DNA of 61,952 nucleotides, filler included, from Sphacelaria rigidula (Eukaryota), in assembly GCA_964200075.2 (NCBI GenBank). It is 8 parts of 8 records of this genome, joined end to end, with 100 filler letters (N's around TTAATTAATTAA, not from the genome) between each part and the next. Parts side by side here need not be neighbours in the genome. Positions count along the whole stretch, not along the records: positions 46,543 to 54,198 come from CAXNAA020013909.1; positions 54,299 to 61,952 come from CAXNAA020013910.1; 6 more parts are not named here. One strand, given 5' to 3'. Below the pieces are notes generated by a model. It ran no database searches, had not been told where the DNA came from, and saw only the letters and a list, made by a program, of their open reading frames with translations. The first letter of the stretch is position 1, and each line of letters opens with the position of its first letter. Shown here in pieces: positions 48,527 to 59,460 of this stretch. The translations under genes were made by a program, and so were the position numbers.

Positions 48527-48660
48527 GGATTTGATTTGATTTGATTGTCGCACTTCAACTGACCCCCCAGGGTGGTCACAGAAAAAAAGAAGAGGGGTCG
48601 AACAGAACGACATAGCAGACTAAGTCGTGACAAAAAAAAAAAGTAATGAAAAGTCAACAC
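48527..48660 (-). mobile_element. (ATCA)n-tailed retroposon, opposite orientation, internally deleted
   Basis: (GATTT)n, then GTCGCACTTCAACTGACCCCCCAGGG...CAGAACGACATAGCAGACTAAG as at 18013-18165. Confidence 0.8.
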
Positions 48661-48985
48661 AAGCAAAGCACAGAAAAAAATGGCCGACCTAAAGCAAGTC
48701 AAAGGAAAACAAGAGGAAAGTACAAAGCAAATAAAATAAAATACAATGGAACGATGGGAAAAAACAAAACTAAAAAAAACGACTACCCCCCAAAAAGACG
48801 GAAAAAAAAAACAAAAGCTATGACCATGAAAAGGGCCCTTCCTAAGAAGTCACACAACGCGAAAAATAGCAAGAAAAAAACAATCCAAAACAAGCAGCAA
48901 GTTTCAAAGGCAGAAATCAGGCACGAGACAGGTACGTAGTGTTCATCGCTCCCCGCGCTGAGAAGGCCAAGAAACGTGGAAGATA

Positions 48986-49140
48986 AAAATATAATATAAT
49001 ATAATATAATAAAATATAATAAAATGAAATTATATGAAATAAAATAAAATAAAGTAAAACAAAATAAAACAAAATAGAAAAAAATTGAGTGAAATGAAAT
49101 AAAATAGAATAGAATAGAATAAAATGAAATAAAATAGAAG
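48986..49140. repeat. A-rich pentanucleotide low-complexity tract (AAAAT/AATAT/AATAG)
   Basis: Directly visible. It explains the F/Y/I/L-rich spurious ORF 48783-49415. Confidence 0.9.
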
Positions 49141-49428
49141 GATAATGATGTAATGATGGAATCTGCGGTCACAGACCATGCGAAAAAAAATACTAGATCG
49201 GGTGATTGCATTTTTGCCCGAGACCCGGCGGCTCCACTCAACCAATCAAATTCGACCTTTAGTGTTACGCACGGCAACCAAATATGCCAAGATTTTGTTC
49301 TGTTCAAATAGGATATACCCGGATTTGTGGGATTTTTGGTTGGCAGACCATATTCAACATGTGTACCGAACAATCCGATATGGTCCGGCAGGGTATCGAG
49401 CCTCGTTCCGAACAAATCCGGTATGGTT

Positions 49429-49576
49429 CATACCCTGGAAAATGACAATAAAATACAGTCAAAAAGTGTACTGCATAGAGTATCGACTATTGCGCCTGTT
49501 GCAACAGACAATAGATTCCATACTGTACGCAGTACACTTTTTGACAATAGAATCTACCGTCATTATCCAGGGCGTA
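49429..49576. mobile_element. Palindromic MITE with perfect 8-bp TSD
   Basis: Ends CATACCCTGGAAAATGAC and GTCATTATCCAGGGCGTA. GTATGGTT at 49421-49428 and 49577-49584. Confidence 0.88.
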
Positions 49577-49843
49577 GTATGGTTCGGAAGGGTATGTAGC
49601 GAAAAAAATACCTTCCTCTACTTTAAATAAATGCCCGAATTTCAGCCGGTACATACCCTCAGCAGAACACAACCCTATTTTTATGCTCCATCCCAGCACT
49701 ACTTCTACTCCTCACGGCAAAGCCAAGTCCACGACAGTGCGAAAACACACATATACATATATATATGTATATATGTATATACATATACATGCGAGTCGCA
49801 CGCCCAGTGGCGCATCCTGCACGGTGATCATGATGAGTCTCAC

Positions 49844-50050
49844 CAGGATGAAGTTGAGCAGGGGCTCCGCCATCACCTTCCCCCCACCGCCATCGGATCC
49901 ACGGCCCACGTTCGTGAAACGCACCACACACAGCCCCGCTACCACGGGCGCAAGGCTGGACAGCTGTCCGAACAGAGGATAGAAGCGCTTGGCCTGCTTC
50001 ACCGGCACCACGTCGTTGGCGAACTGCCAGAACAGCACCCCAATGGACAC
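49844..50050 (-). CDS. TLC/NTT-family ATP/ADP (nucleotide) transporter exon
   Basis: After gcag| it reads VSIGVLFWQFANDVVPVKQAKRFYPLFGQLSSLAPVVAG...PLLNFIL, ending |gtgag. Contains the LFWxFAN...AKRFYPLFG signature of the TLC family. Confidence 0.93.
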
Positions 50051-50624
50051 CTGCGTTGCGTTGCGAGGGGCGGCCGTGTCACACATGGGCGCACAGCGTC
50101 GCGTCCCGGTGGTCAGATTGTTGCGTCCTCGTCGTCGCAGTAGCCCCCTTCGTTATCTATCGACCATAACCTATTGAAAACACTGGGGTCAAACAGCGTG
50201 GCAAATAGGGTGAGCAGCACCTTGACCCAACACTTGCATCTAGAACAAAAGGTTGCCAGAAGGATTACGTGCTGTCACGCATTGACGCCCATGTTGTCTT
50301 CGGATGACACGCTGTTGTTCACAAGCTGCCTCTCCCAACGCTGTAGGGGATCTGCAGCCGATCGCGGCAGAAGGTTTGGGGGGAGGGTTCAAATCCCGGC
50401 CGATGCGGGTTCGTTCTGTCGAATATTTTAATCTAGTCCTTTTTTTCCCGTCGTTAGACAGGTGAGTAAAAAAGTCCAGGCGGTGTGGGAGTAGTGCTAG
50501 CTAGCACAATCCACGATGCGATCGTCTACACAAAAACATCAGGCTTGCATGTACGGGGGATGGGGGGAGGGGTTGATCCCTTGAGATTGACTACAGACTT
50601 GTCCTGAGGAAGGGGAGAAGTTAA

Positions 50625-50786
50625 CCCTTTTGCTACTGGCAAAGGAAAAGTGCTGATTTCGAGGTGCTGATTTTTTAACAACATATGGTTGATTGTGTGC
50701 AGCTTCCAAGGGCCTCTATTTTGCCCAAGGCGTGTTTTTCAGACCCGCGACCGCTTTTAACCGGCGGTGAATCGCGTGAATACTGT
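50625..50786 (+). mobile_element. piggyBac-like element end
   Basis: TTAA|CCCTTTTGCTACTGGC. Homologous to 22951-23115. Confidence 0.65.
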
Positions 50787-52009
50787 ATCGCACCTCAATC
50801 CTTCCACGTGTGGTTAGGGGATTTCTGAGTGCTCGGCCATACTACTTTGTTTCTGTGATGTGGATTAGCACGCTTACCAAGTGTTTGGCGGGTACGACCT
50901 CCGGACTACTGCACAATACTCCGGTGGAGTGCGTCACCTACATAAATGTGTGCCGCAGTGCCACACGGGACTTCATATATAGAAAAATATACAGGAGGTT
51001 CTGGTTTTTGCTGTGTGCACAAAGTCGAGCATACTTGACCCGTTGCGCCCCCTCATTCGATAAAACTAATCCGACCGCACCGGGGCGACATTTTTGGTTG
51101 GAGCATGACGTATGTCGGTGGATTCTTCTGTGACCTTCCGCCGTAAAAGTGGTTGTTGTTGGTATTTTCTTTTCCCATAGTTTCTTCTTTGCTCGCGCTT
51201 GAAATAATGAGGCGTCTGGGCCGGGGACGGTAGGGGGGAGGGTTCCCGAAGGGTTCATGTAAGCATGGCGAAAAAGAAGAGAAAATACAAATACAAACAC
51301 ACGCGCACAAAAACCGAACACACAACACCATACAAGAACTGAAGAACTGTAGCAGTGTACCACTACATCTTAATCTTTAAGCAGCTAGTTGCCAGTTGGT
51401 CATGAGCACTACAATCAGGCGACCATACACACCGAAACTGCAAGTAGCGTACCGCTACATCTGAAAGTCTGCGCAGCTACAGGCCTGAGAATCATGACCA
51501 TTGTCTGAAGGATCCCATCACTTCGCTGCGTAGTGAAACCACGGGTAAGAAAGTCAAAGTGTGGAATGCATTTCTCCACCCTTGGTACCAACCCGTCCGA
51601 GTCGTGATAAAACACGCACACACACACGCACACACAGTTTTCCTCTTGTTCGGAGCCGCGATCGAAAAACAAAACCATGAAACGACAATTCGCTTCTCGG
51701 TGACGGAGTGCATACGCGTTGCGCGTGTAGCCACTGCAGTGAATACGTCACCTGCGCCGGACGGAACTCAAACATCACTGAGCATCGCAACAGTTTCAAC
51801 CGTTGACTGCAGAAATTTCGGGGTCTTGAAAGCAGGAGCATGTGTATATATCAAGATCCAGTCATAGACATTGACACGGGGAAGTAAACCTACCACGGTT
51901 CGGACGAATAAAGTCGTGATTTGACTCATATTCAACATTCGGACGAATCGATCATACGGTTCGCACACAAGTTGTGATTCGTACATGTTTTGGGTTCGTG
52001 ATTCGTGCG

Positions 52010-52340
52010 ATACACCGTCAAAGGTACACGTTTCCTAGCCTTTCATGCGGCGTGAATCATAGGTACACGTTTCCGAATTTCCATTCAGTCGGCATGAATC
52101 ATAGGTACACGTTCCCCACCTTCCATTCATACGAGGTGAGTCATTCGTACATGGTTCCCTACCTTCCATTCATACGGGGTGGATCAAGCGTACATGTTTC
52201 CCAATTTCCATCCATGCATCATGAATCATACGTACATGTTCCGTACCTTCCGTTCATACGAAGTGAATCAAATGTACAAGTTCCCCACTTTTCATCTATG
52301 CAGGATAAATCATACGTACATATTCCCCACCTTTTGTTCA
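52010..52340. repeat. Diverged 42-bp tandem array (ATGAATCATA.GTACA.GTT.CCC)
   Basis: GAATCA-type motif at about 52054, 52096, 52138, 52181, 52223, 52265 and 52307. Confidence 0.88.
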
Positions 52341-53094
52341 CACGGTAAAATCATGAGAACCTGTTGTTCCCCACCTGCCATTTCATGGGGCGCAACTCTT
52401 CGGCGGCGCAGCCTTTCTGCAGGTGAGGTAGACTAAGAGCGTGCAGGTCGCGAACCCCTCAAGAGCCAAATATCGCAATAGACCCATTTTCATATTTTGA
52501 AACCGCGCATAAAACATCAACTGTAGTACAACACACGCATCTGCGTACCTGGAGCGGTTTTTTTAGTCCATTCTTTCCCCCGAACTATGCCATTGACAGA
52601 CTTTGTGGTTTCATGTTATGCTCTGCGGTACAGTTGACCTGAACATGCTGTTTACGATGCCACGGACACTCGCATAGAACACAGCACTAGCACGAGTCGT
52701 CCTCGCATGCTCGCGAGAGTTTTCGGGAAAACTCTGGCAGCGTACACTGCAGTCCGCGGACAGTACGGTACACCACGACACAGCACGCATCTGCGCGCCC
52801 AGAGGGATTCTTCTAGCTGCTTATTTTCCGAGACAAGGTAGTGACGGCATTTCTGTTGTTCATGTTTTGTTTTGTGTTACAGTTGGCCCGAATATATAAA
52901 GCACTACAAACACATTTTCACTAGTACTGCAAGAGTAGTCCCCGCATGTTCGCGTAAGTTTTCGGAAACGCTCCCGCAGCGCCCATTGCAGGCAGCGGTC
53001 AGTGAGGTAAAGTACAGCACAGCACAGCATAGTACTGTACAATCTTGAAAGCGAACAACAGACGACAGTAGTACAAAACCTTCCCCGTCCACAC

Positions 53095-53430
53095 AGCATG
53101 AATCATAGGTACATGCTACATTTCCCCCCTTTCATCCATGCAGCATGCATCACGTGATCATGTATATGTCTTTCACCTTAGGTTCGTACGCATGAATCAT
53201 AGATATAGTTTTCCCATCCTCCATTCATAATAGTTGAATTAGGCGTACATGTATCTCCCCCTCCCATCCATGCAGCATGAATCATGGGCACACGCTCCTC
53301 AACTTCCATTCATACGAGGTAAATCACAAGTACATGCTTCCCAATTTCCGTTTATGCACCATGAATCACACGTAAATGTTCCCCACCTTCGATTCATACG
53401 AGATGAATCGAGTGTACAAGTTTATCACGC
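53095..53430. repeat. Second block of the same 42-bp array
   Basis: Motif at about 53100, 53194, 53236, 53279, 53321, 53363 and 53405. Confidence 0.85.
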
Positions 53431-54039
53431 ATTACTCTGGCAAGAATTTTGATTCGTACAATTTTTGCACTCTTGATTCGTCTGGTACTTTTCGCGGTGT
53501 ACACATTCCCAGTTCGTGATTCGTGCGGTATGACCTTGAACGTACAACTTCACCAACCGCCATTGATACCAGATGACTCTTGGGTACATGATTCGCATTC
53601 AACATTCGTGGGGAGTCAAATCGTATGAACTCTGCTTCGTTCACACATTGAAAATCTACACAAATGGGTTCACTGGAAGATGACCCTCTTCTAAGCAGTC
53701 TACGGGGAAACGCATGATATACTGTAATAATACGCGATGTGGAAAGGAGAAAAATAAAAACAAAGACAAAACAAACAACATACACACCGAAAAGTCGGTG
53801 TATGATGACAGAACACCAGAGATAACCCGTGAATCAGGGTCGCCTTAACTCGAACGCTGTGTCATGTAGAGAATACAGCAAAGTATAGAGCTCGGAAATA
53901 GTTTGTCTAACCATTAACAAGTTGAGTGGTTAAGCGTAGCGCACTCATGACCCAGTTAAATGGTACACAATGGTTTGGTCATAGAGCGGGCGCATCCACA
54001 AGATGCAACCCCCCCCCTCCCCCCTCCCGCGCAGTGTAT

Positions 54040-54198
54040 AAGCCGTGGCCGTCTCTGGAAGTGGCGATACCAGATAAGCAACTCATTGTAAGCTGTCATC
54101 CGTACGCAAGATAATGAGTAGGCTTCGGGCCGGACAATCTTAGCAGGATGCAGCACACCCTTCATGCGACTCGCCGAACACACCACGGCACTTCGCGC
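54040..54198 (+). mobile_element. C-tailed retroposon subfamily A, cut off by scaffold end
   Basis: CTGGAAGTGGCGATACCAG...CATGCGACTCGCCGAACACACCACGGCACTTCGCGC. Confidence 0.8.
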
Positions 54199-54298
54199 NN
54201 NNNNNNNNNNNNNNNNNNNNNNNNNNNNNNNNNNNNNNNNNNTTAATTAATTAANNNNNNNNNNNNNNNNNNNNNNNNNNNNNNNNNNNNNNNNNNNN
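54199..54298. other. Artificial scaffold linker
   Basis: N44-TTAATTAATTAA-N44. Confidence 0.99.
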
Positions 54299-54477
54299 CT
54301 ACAGTAGGGAGAAACGATGGCTGTACTAGGAGATGGATGGTGGCCAGAGACAGCGAAACAGGACGGGGATAAGATATGTAAAAGGTTTTGTGTAATGTAC
54401 GGAAGAAACGTTATGAGCTTTTGATGAAACGTGATGAGCGCCAGAATGTTGGAGGTGTCTCTATTAGGAGAAGGAGC

Positions 54478-54567
54478 GGTGCTCCGTTTCGAAAGGGATG
54501 CGTGGTCAATGGTCGAACGACTAAGGCAAGCAACAAATGAGGATGCTCACCCCCCCCCCCCCCCCCC
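54478..54567 (+). mobile_element. C-tailed retroposon, subfamily B
   Basis: GCTCCGTTTCGAAAGGGATGCGTGGTCAATGGTCGAACGACTAAGGCAAGCAACAAATGAG followed by a C-run. Confidence 0.85.
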
Positions 54568-54949
54568 AAAGAACAAAAGACACGACCACAACCACACCCC
54601 AACAACAAANNNNNNNNNNTTTCGAAAAGAAAGCCTGGTAAATTGACCAACCCCCAAGCCAAGAAACAAAAAAGGCTTCCCCCCCCCCCCCCCCTTCCCA
54701 CACCACCCCTAGACAAAATCTTCACCAAAATCGATGATGACTACGAGAGCGGCACACGCAGCTCGCAGACAGCAGCGAGCACGGAACAGAGGAAACCAAG
54801 CAGGGAAACTAGTCTACCGTCAGCGGCTTTGTAAACTATCGAAAGCTTGTAAATGCTGTCGCAGAGCTCATGCAGATGATGCAGCAGCCGCAGTCGCTCC
54901 CCGGGTGCGTTTTAAAGGTGGCGACGGCGGGCCACCCTCACGTATGCGC

Positions 54950-56259
54950 TGATTTTCCCGACCATCTGGGGTACCTACTTTTGTGGCAACTGAACCGCGG
55001 CGAATTTGTGTAGCCGGCGCAACCCTTCCACGTCCTCCCGCGGGCATCCCACGCCCACCGCTCGGCATCTCACGCCCACCTTCTCCTGCAGGCACCCCAC
55101 GCCCACCCCCTGTCGGAGGCACTCCAAGTCCACCCCCCACATACCCATCACCGCTTCCTCCTTGGTCACTAAGCGGGGCTCCACCACAACCCCTGCCCCG
55201 TCGTTGACCACGACCTGCAGTGGCAGTGGCAGCGTTGTCTGCTTGGCTAGCCGTGGGGCGGCACGATCGGCCTTCGCTTGCTCTTCGTCCCGTCTTTGAC
55301 GCTCGTCCTCCTCGTATCTTGTCATGACCTCGTCGCAAGTGAGAAGGCCTCCCTGGGTGATTCCACCCGCGAGCGCGGAGATCGATGGACGCCTCGTTGC
55401 TTCTCGTTGCTTTAGGTACTCGCCAAACATGACCGTACTAACCCGCAGTCCAGTAATTGTGTGGCCTTGACTTTTGAGCTTGCGCACGGCACGATCACCA
55501 AGAGCAGAAGCGAGCAAGTCCTCGCTTATCGCGACGGGCAGGTCCGTCGAGGGTGATCGGGTACTCTGCAGCGCCGGTCCTTGCGACCCACGCCCGCGTA
55601 GTTTGTTCAGAGCCCGGTGCATGTCCACAGGCCACAGACCTGTTCCCTGAAAAGATGCCTTGACCTGTGACGGCGTGAAGCTCAGCTGAAATGCATCTTT
55701 CATCACGTTGACCATGTCCGATTTTACCGGCATCTTGCCACCGTTGCGGCGTGGGACTGCAATATTGACGCCATCTCCCTCTTGAAGTTCCCAAACGCAG
55801 CCACGTCTGAGGGCTGCGTGTTGTGTGATGAGTGCGACGGAACCTGAAACAGCTGAATGTTGAGCGACGTCGCCAACTTGATTGCTCCGAAGGTGAGGTA
55901 GGAGGCGTGCCCATTGAGCAACAGCACGCTTCCCGTCAGCCTTTCCGTTGTCAACGATGTGCTTGTGGAACACCTTTATATACCTAATGAAAACCGGTCC
56001 CTGCATGAAAGACGATTCGGTTGCAGCATACAACGCACCCGGTGGCCCCCCGCCATTAACCCACGCCGGCGGCACTCGTTGTCCTTGAAACATTATCAGC
56101 GGCGGAGTCACCTCGCCCGCCGCATTGATGGTGGCGACGACCGAAAAAAAAATCGCGGGAGTTGGAACGCTTCGTGCCGACGATCTTATGTCCTTTGTCG
56201 GCGATGACCTTCCACGCCTTGGTCCCTTGCGGAGTAACAGCTACGGCGAAGATATCCAC
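54950..56259 (-). pseudogene. pogo/Fot1-type (Tc1/mariner superfamily, DDE_1) transposase pseudogene
   Basis: Motifs spread over three frames: INAAGEVTPPLIMFQG, VLLLNGHASYL, PSHSSHNTQPSDVAAFGNFK and KASFQGTGLWP. At least three frameshifts. The second catalytic Asp (LLDGH) reads Asn. Confidence 0.92.
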
Positions 56260-56567
56260 GAGTGACGTGTGCAGGGACGGGGAGGGGGGGCAGGGGTATC
56301 ACGTGATGCTGCTGCACGGTACCGAGTACTACGTCGAGTATCGGGTTGTGCGCACAGTACTGGCACCACCTCTAACGACGGTGCTTGCAGCATCTCTACA
56401 GACACTATAGGCAGTACCTCTATAAATAGTAAGTACAATCAACACAACACGTTGAGACAGCAATGTGACACGCCGAGACAAACGCGAATTGCTGCGTAGG
56501 CTAAGAACGCGGCGAGAATAATACCGTTTCAGACGCAGAATAATTCAGAGCAGAAAAGCACCCAAGG

Positions 56568-57135
56568 TTGTGTAGTGTAGGGTACGGTTTCTTGTATACC
56601 CGGGGTATTTTCCTGGGTAATTACCGTCCCCGATAGTTCTCTGGCTTCTGTAAGACTTTCATACCGGTACCCAATAGTTCTGTAATCTCTGTAAGACTTT
56701 CATACCCTCACCCGATTGTTCTGTGAGTTCTGTGAGCCTCTCGTATCGTTACCGGGGGGCACGGGTATGCTCCTGAGAAGATACCCGGTTGCGGGTACGG
56801 TGTTCTGTGCACTCTTCATATCCTACCCGACAGTTTCTGTGGGCCTCCCATATCCTTCCCGGACAGTCCTGTGAGTTTTGTACAGAGCGCTTACTCGCAC
56901 TCGAGGCGCGGGTATGTTCTTGAAGAAATACCTGATTGTCGGTAGAGTTATTTCTGTAAGCGTTTCAAACCGTATCCGACAAGTTCTGTAATTCATGTCA
57001 GACTTTCATACAGTACCGGTACCCGATATTCCTGTGAGCTCTGTAAGCGTCCCATGCCCCCACCCGGGGTTAGGGTATACCGTTATAGATATACTCGATT
57101 GAAGGTATGAGTACAGGTATGTACCTTGGGGAGGT
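56568..57135. mobile_element. GTTCTGT-repeat MITE family copy with about 41-bp internal repeats
   Basis: Starts GTGTAGGGTACGGTTT...TATACCCGGG and repeats CCCGAYAGTTCTGTGAGTTCTGTAAGACTTTCATACC. Confidence 0.75.
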
Positions 57136-57861
57136 ACGGATATAAGTTCAATCCAAACACAATCTCATGACCTGAACATGTACCTCCCATCGATCAACCC
57201 ACCCTACTCCTTCATTCAACAACGCATACCAACAATAATTCAGTGTTAGAAAATTCGTTAGTTTGGAATCTTACGGGATACGAGGTACCGCTGAATGGAA
57301 ACACGAAACATGAGCAGCGCTGCAAACCGTCAGGGTTGATCACCCCCAGACTCGAGTGGTGGCTCGACCGGGGGTTGTTCATATGCGCCATCAGGGGATC
57401 AAGTAGCAAGGTGCACGTCATCGACGTTGATGGCGGTTGTGTCGTGGTCATCAAATCCCAGGCCGTTATCGCATGCACAGCAAAGAGTACGTACGAGCTG
57501 CCACCGAAACTTGTGAATGCCATCGAAGATTCTGTCGTGCCGAAGGGCTTCCAGACAGCGGGCAGCCGTGAATGCTCCTTCATGTCCTTACTCTCTGGGA
57601 GTGTACGTGAGGCCGGCAGATGTTGACGATCCCGTGCACATGTACCACTGCCAGTGTTAGTGTAGTGTTTCTCGATCACCCACGTGAAGCCGTTCAGAGT
57701 TTTCGTGAACTATCATCTGTAGCTCGCCACTGTAGTGACGTGGGTCCCACCACGGGGGTGATGATAATACCAAGGTCGTGTTGTGTAGGGTACGGTTTTC
57801 TGTATACCCGGGTTATCTTCCTGGGTTTTTATCGTACCTTACAGTTCTGCGGCTTCTGTGA

Positions 57862-58754
57862 GGCCGCGTCGTACAGACTGAAAACGTTCAGGCGGACGAC
57901 TTTTGAAAAAGTCATTCTTTAAAACCCCACCTTTTAGTCTATGGAAAAATTCTACGGATTTGTACACCTGAGGCCATCACCTAGCCTGCGTGCAGACGGT
58001 GGTAGTGATTATCATCTACATGTTGAACACGTAATCCCGTCCAGGTACAGGATAGATGGGATGGCAACACACATACAGGCGCGCATAGCTACTGAAAATA
58101 GGGATCGAAATGAGAGGCACATCAACCCTTACTTCAGCCGACCGCCGCTCGGTACGGTAGTAGTGTTCCAAGCGGTGCAGTGTCAGCACGGTTTGTTCCA
58201 CACCGCACACAACAAACTCACGTGGCAGTCAGCAGTGCGGTATACCAACAGTCTTGGTACACTAAACACTACGGAGTTCACAACCGGTGGCAGGCACGAA
58301 GAGTGTAAATCGATACGAGCAGTCAATACAAGCAGCAGGGGGGACACCGTGCTATTTTATCGTAGTAACGCTGCCGGCGAAAAAGCGCTGTACTGTACTG
58401 TCTGTTCCTGGTCCTCTGGTCATGAAGAGGATGCACGGAGTGCTGCAGCAGCTACGCTGCTGCTACGGTTCTGAACATCCAACAAGCATACCTACTTTGG
58501 CGCTGACTGCACTACACTTGTATGCGAGGAGTGTGTGATGGAACGTCACTTTCCAGACACTTCGATTACATTGAGAACTGGCGGCTTTTCTCAGGGAGAT
58601 TTTCCCAAATCTCGCTGTCTGGAAACGGCTCGCAGGTTCCAGAGACTTTCGTCATGGAAAATTGCCCTGTGAGGTCGCATTCTGGGAAAAAGTATCTAGA
58701 AACTGACAAAAAAGGCTCTCCACAGTAATTTTCTTCAGCCTATACCAAGCGGCC
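57862..58754. mobile_element. Harbinger/Tourist-like non-autonomous element nested in the MITE
   Basis: TIRs GGCCGCGTCGTACAGACTGAA and TTCAGCCTATACCAAGCGGCC. Inserted at the host TAA (now TGA/CAA) of CTTCTGTAAGACTTTC. Confidence 0.7.
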
Positions 58755-59117
58755 CAAGACTTTCATACCGGTACCCGACAGTTCTGTGACTTCTGTAAGA
58801 CTTTCATATCCTCACCCGATGGTTCTGTGAGTTATGTAAGCCTCCCGTACGGCGCGATCTATTTGCAGGTGGGGAATGCAAATAAGGGCGTACAGGTTGC
58901 GACCGCCTTCAGGGTCGAATTCACAAGAGACCCAACTTCAATTGCTGAGCACACGAAACAACAGACATGATCCGCAGCAGCTCACAGCAGAGCTGTAACA
59001 CCGGACAGATTCTTTTGTTGTAGGGCACGATACCACAAACGTAGGCGGCGACGAGTTTTCTGCTCGATACCACCGGGAATCGTGGAATGAATCGTTTCTT
59101 CTTGGAGCACTTCTTCA

Positions 59118-59460
59118 TGTGTGTGTGTTGTCATCCCATCTACTCTGGACGCCGGTCCACACCTTTCGGTATACGTGGGCGCACCAGCCGGGATCACCCA
59201 TGAGGGAGGCCAACACAGGAGATTTTTCTTCGAAGTTTGTCTCAGTTTTTCACCTTCCTTTTGCGGTGCTTCGAGAGACGTTCAGCGGTCCCTTTTCCTC
59301 GTCGACGATGAAGTCGAATTTTGTGCACCCACGACATAATCGTTCTCCACTGTTGGGCACTGTGTGAGAAAAAAAGTCTAAGATCGTTCCGAAATTCGAA
59401 CCCACAACCCGACCGTCAAAAGGTTTCGAGGTCATCAACTGAGCCACCGTGGCGACCGGC
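59118..59460 (-). mobile_element. Full-length tRNA-headed SINE (family 2)
   Basis: Minus-strand A-box TGGCTCAGTTG (59446-59436), B-box GGTTCGAATT (59402-59393) and an (AC)n tail. Truncated copies at 8130 and 30860. Confidence 0.8.

Noticed and set aside
48783..49415. 210-aa hydrophobic membrane-like ORF
   Set aside because: It derives from an A-rich pentanucleotide tract within the NTT intron.
57212..57679. Overlapping ORFs on both strands
   Set aside because: Several frames are equally plausible and none has a recognisable domain, so no call can be supported.
57941..58474. 177-aa ORF
   Set aside because: It lies within a non-autonomous TIR element, includes a SINE-tail fragment near 58040-58076, and has no recognisable motifs.
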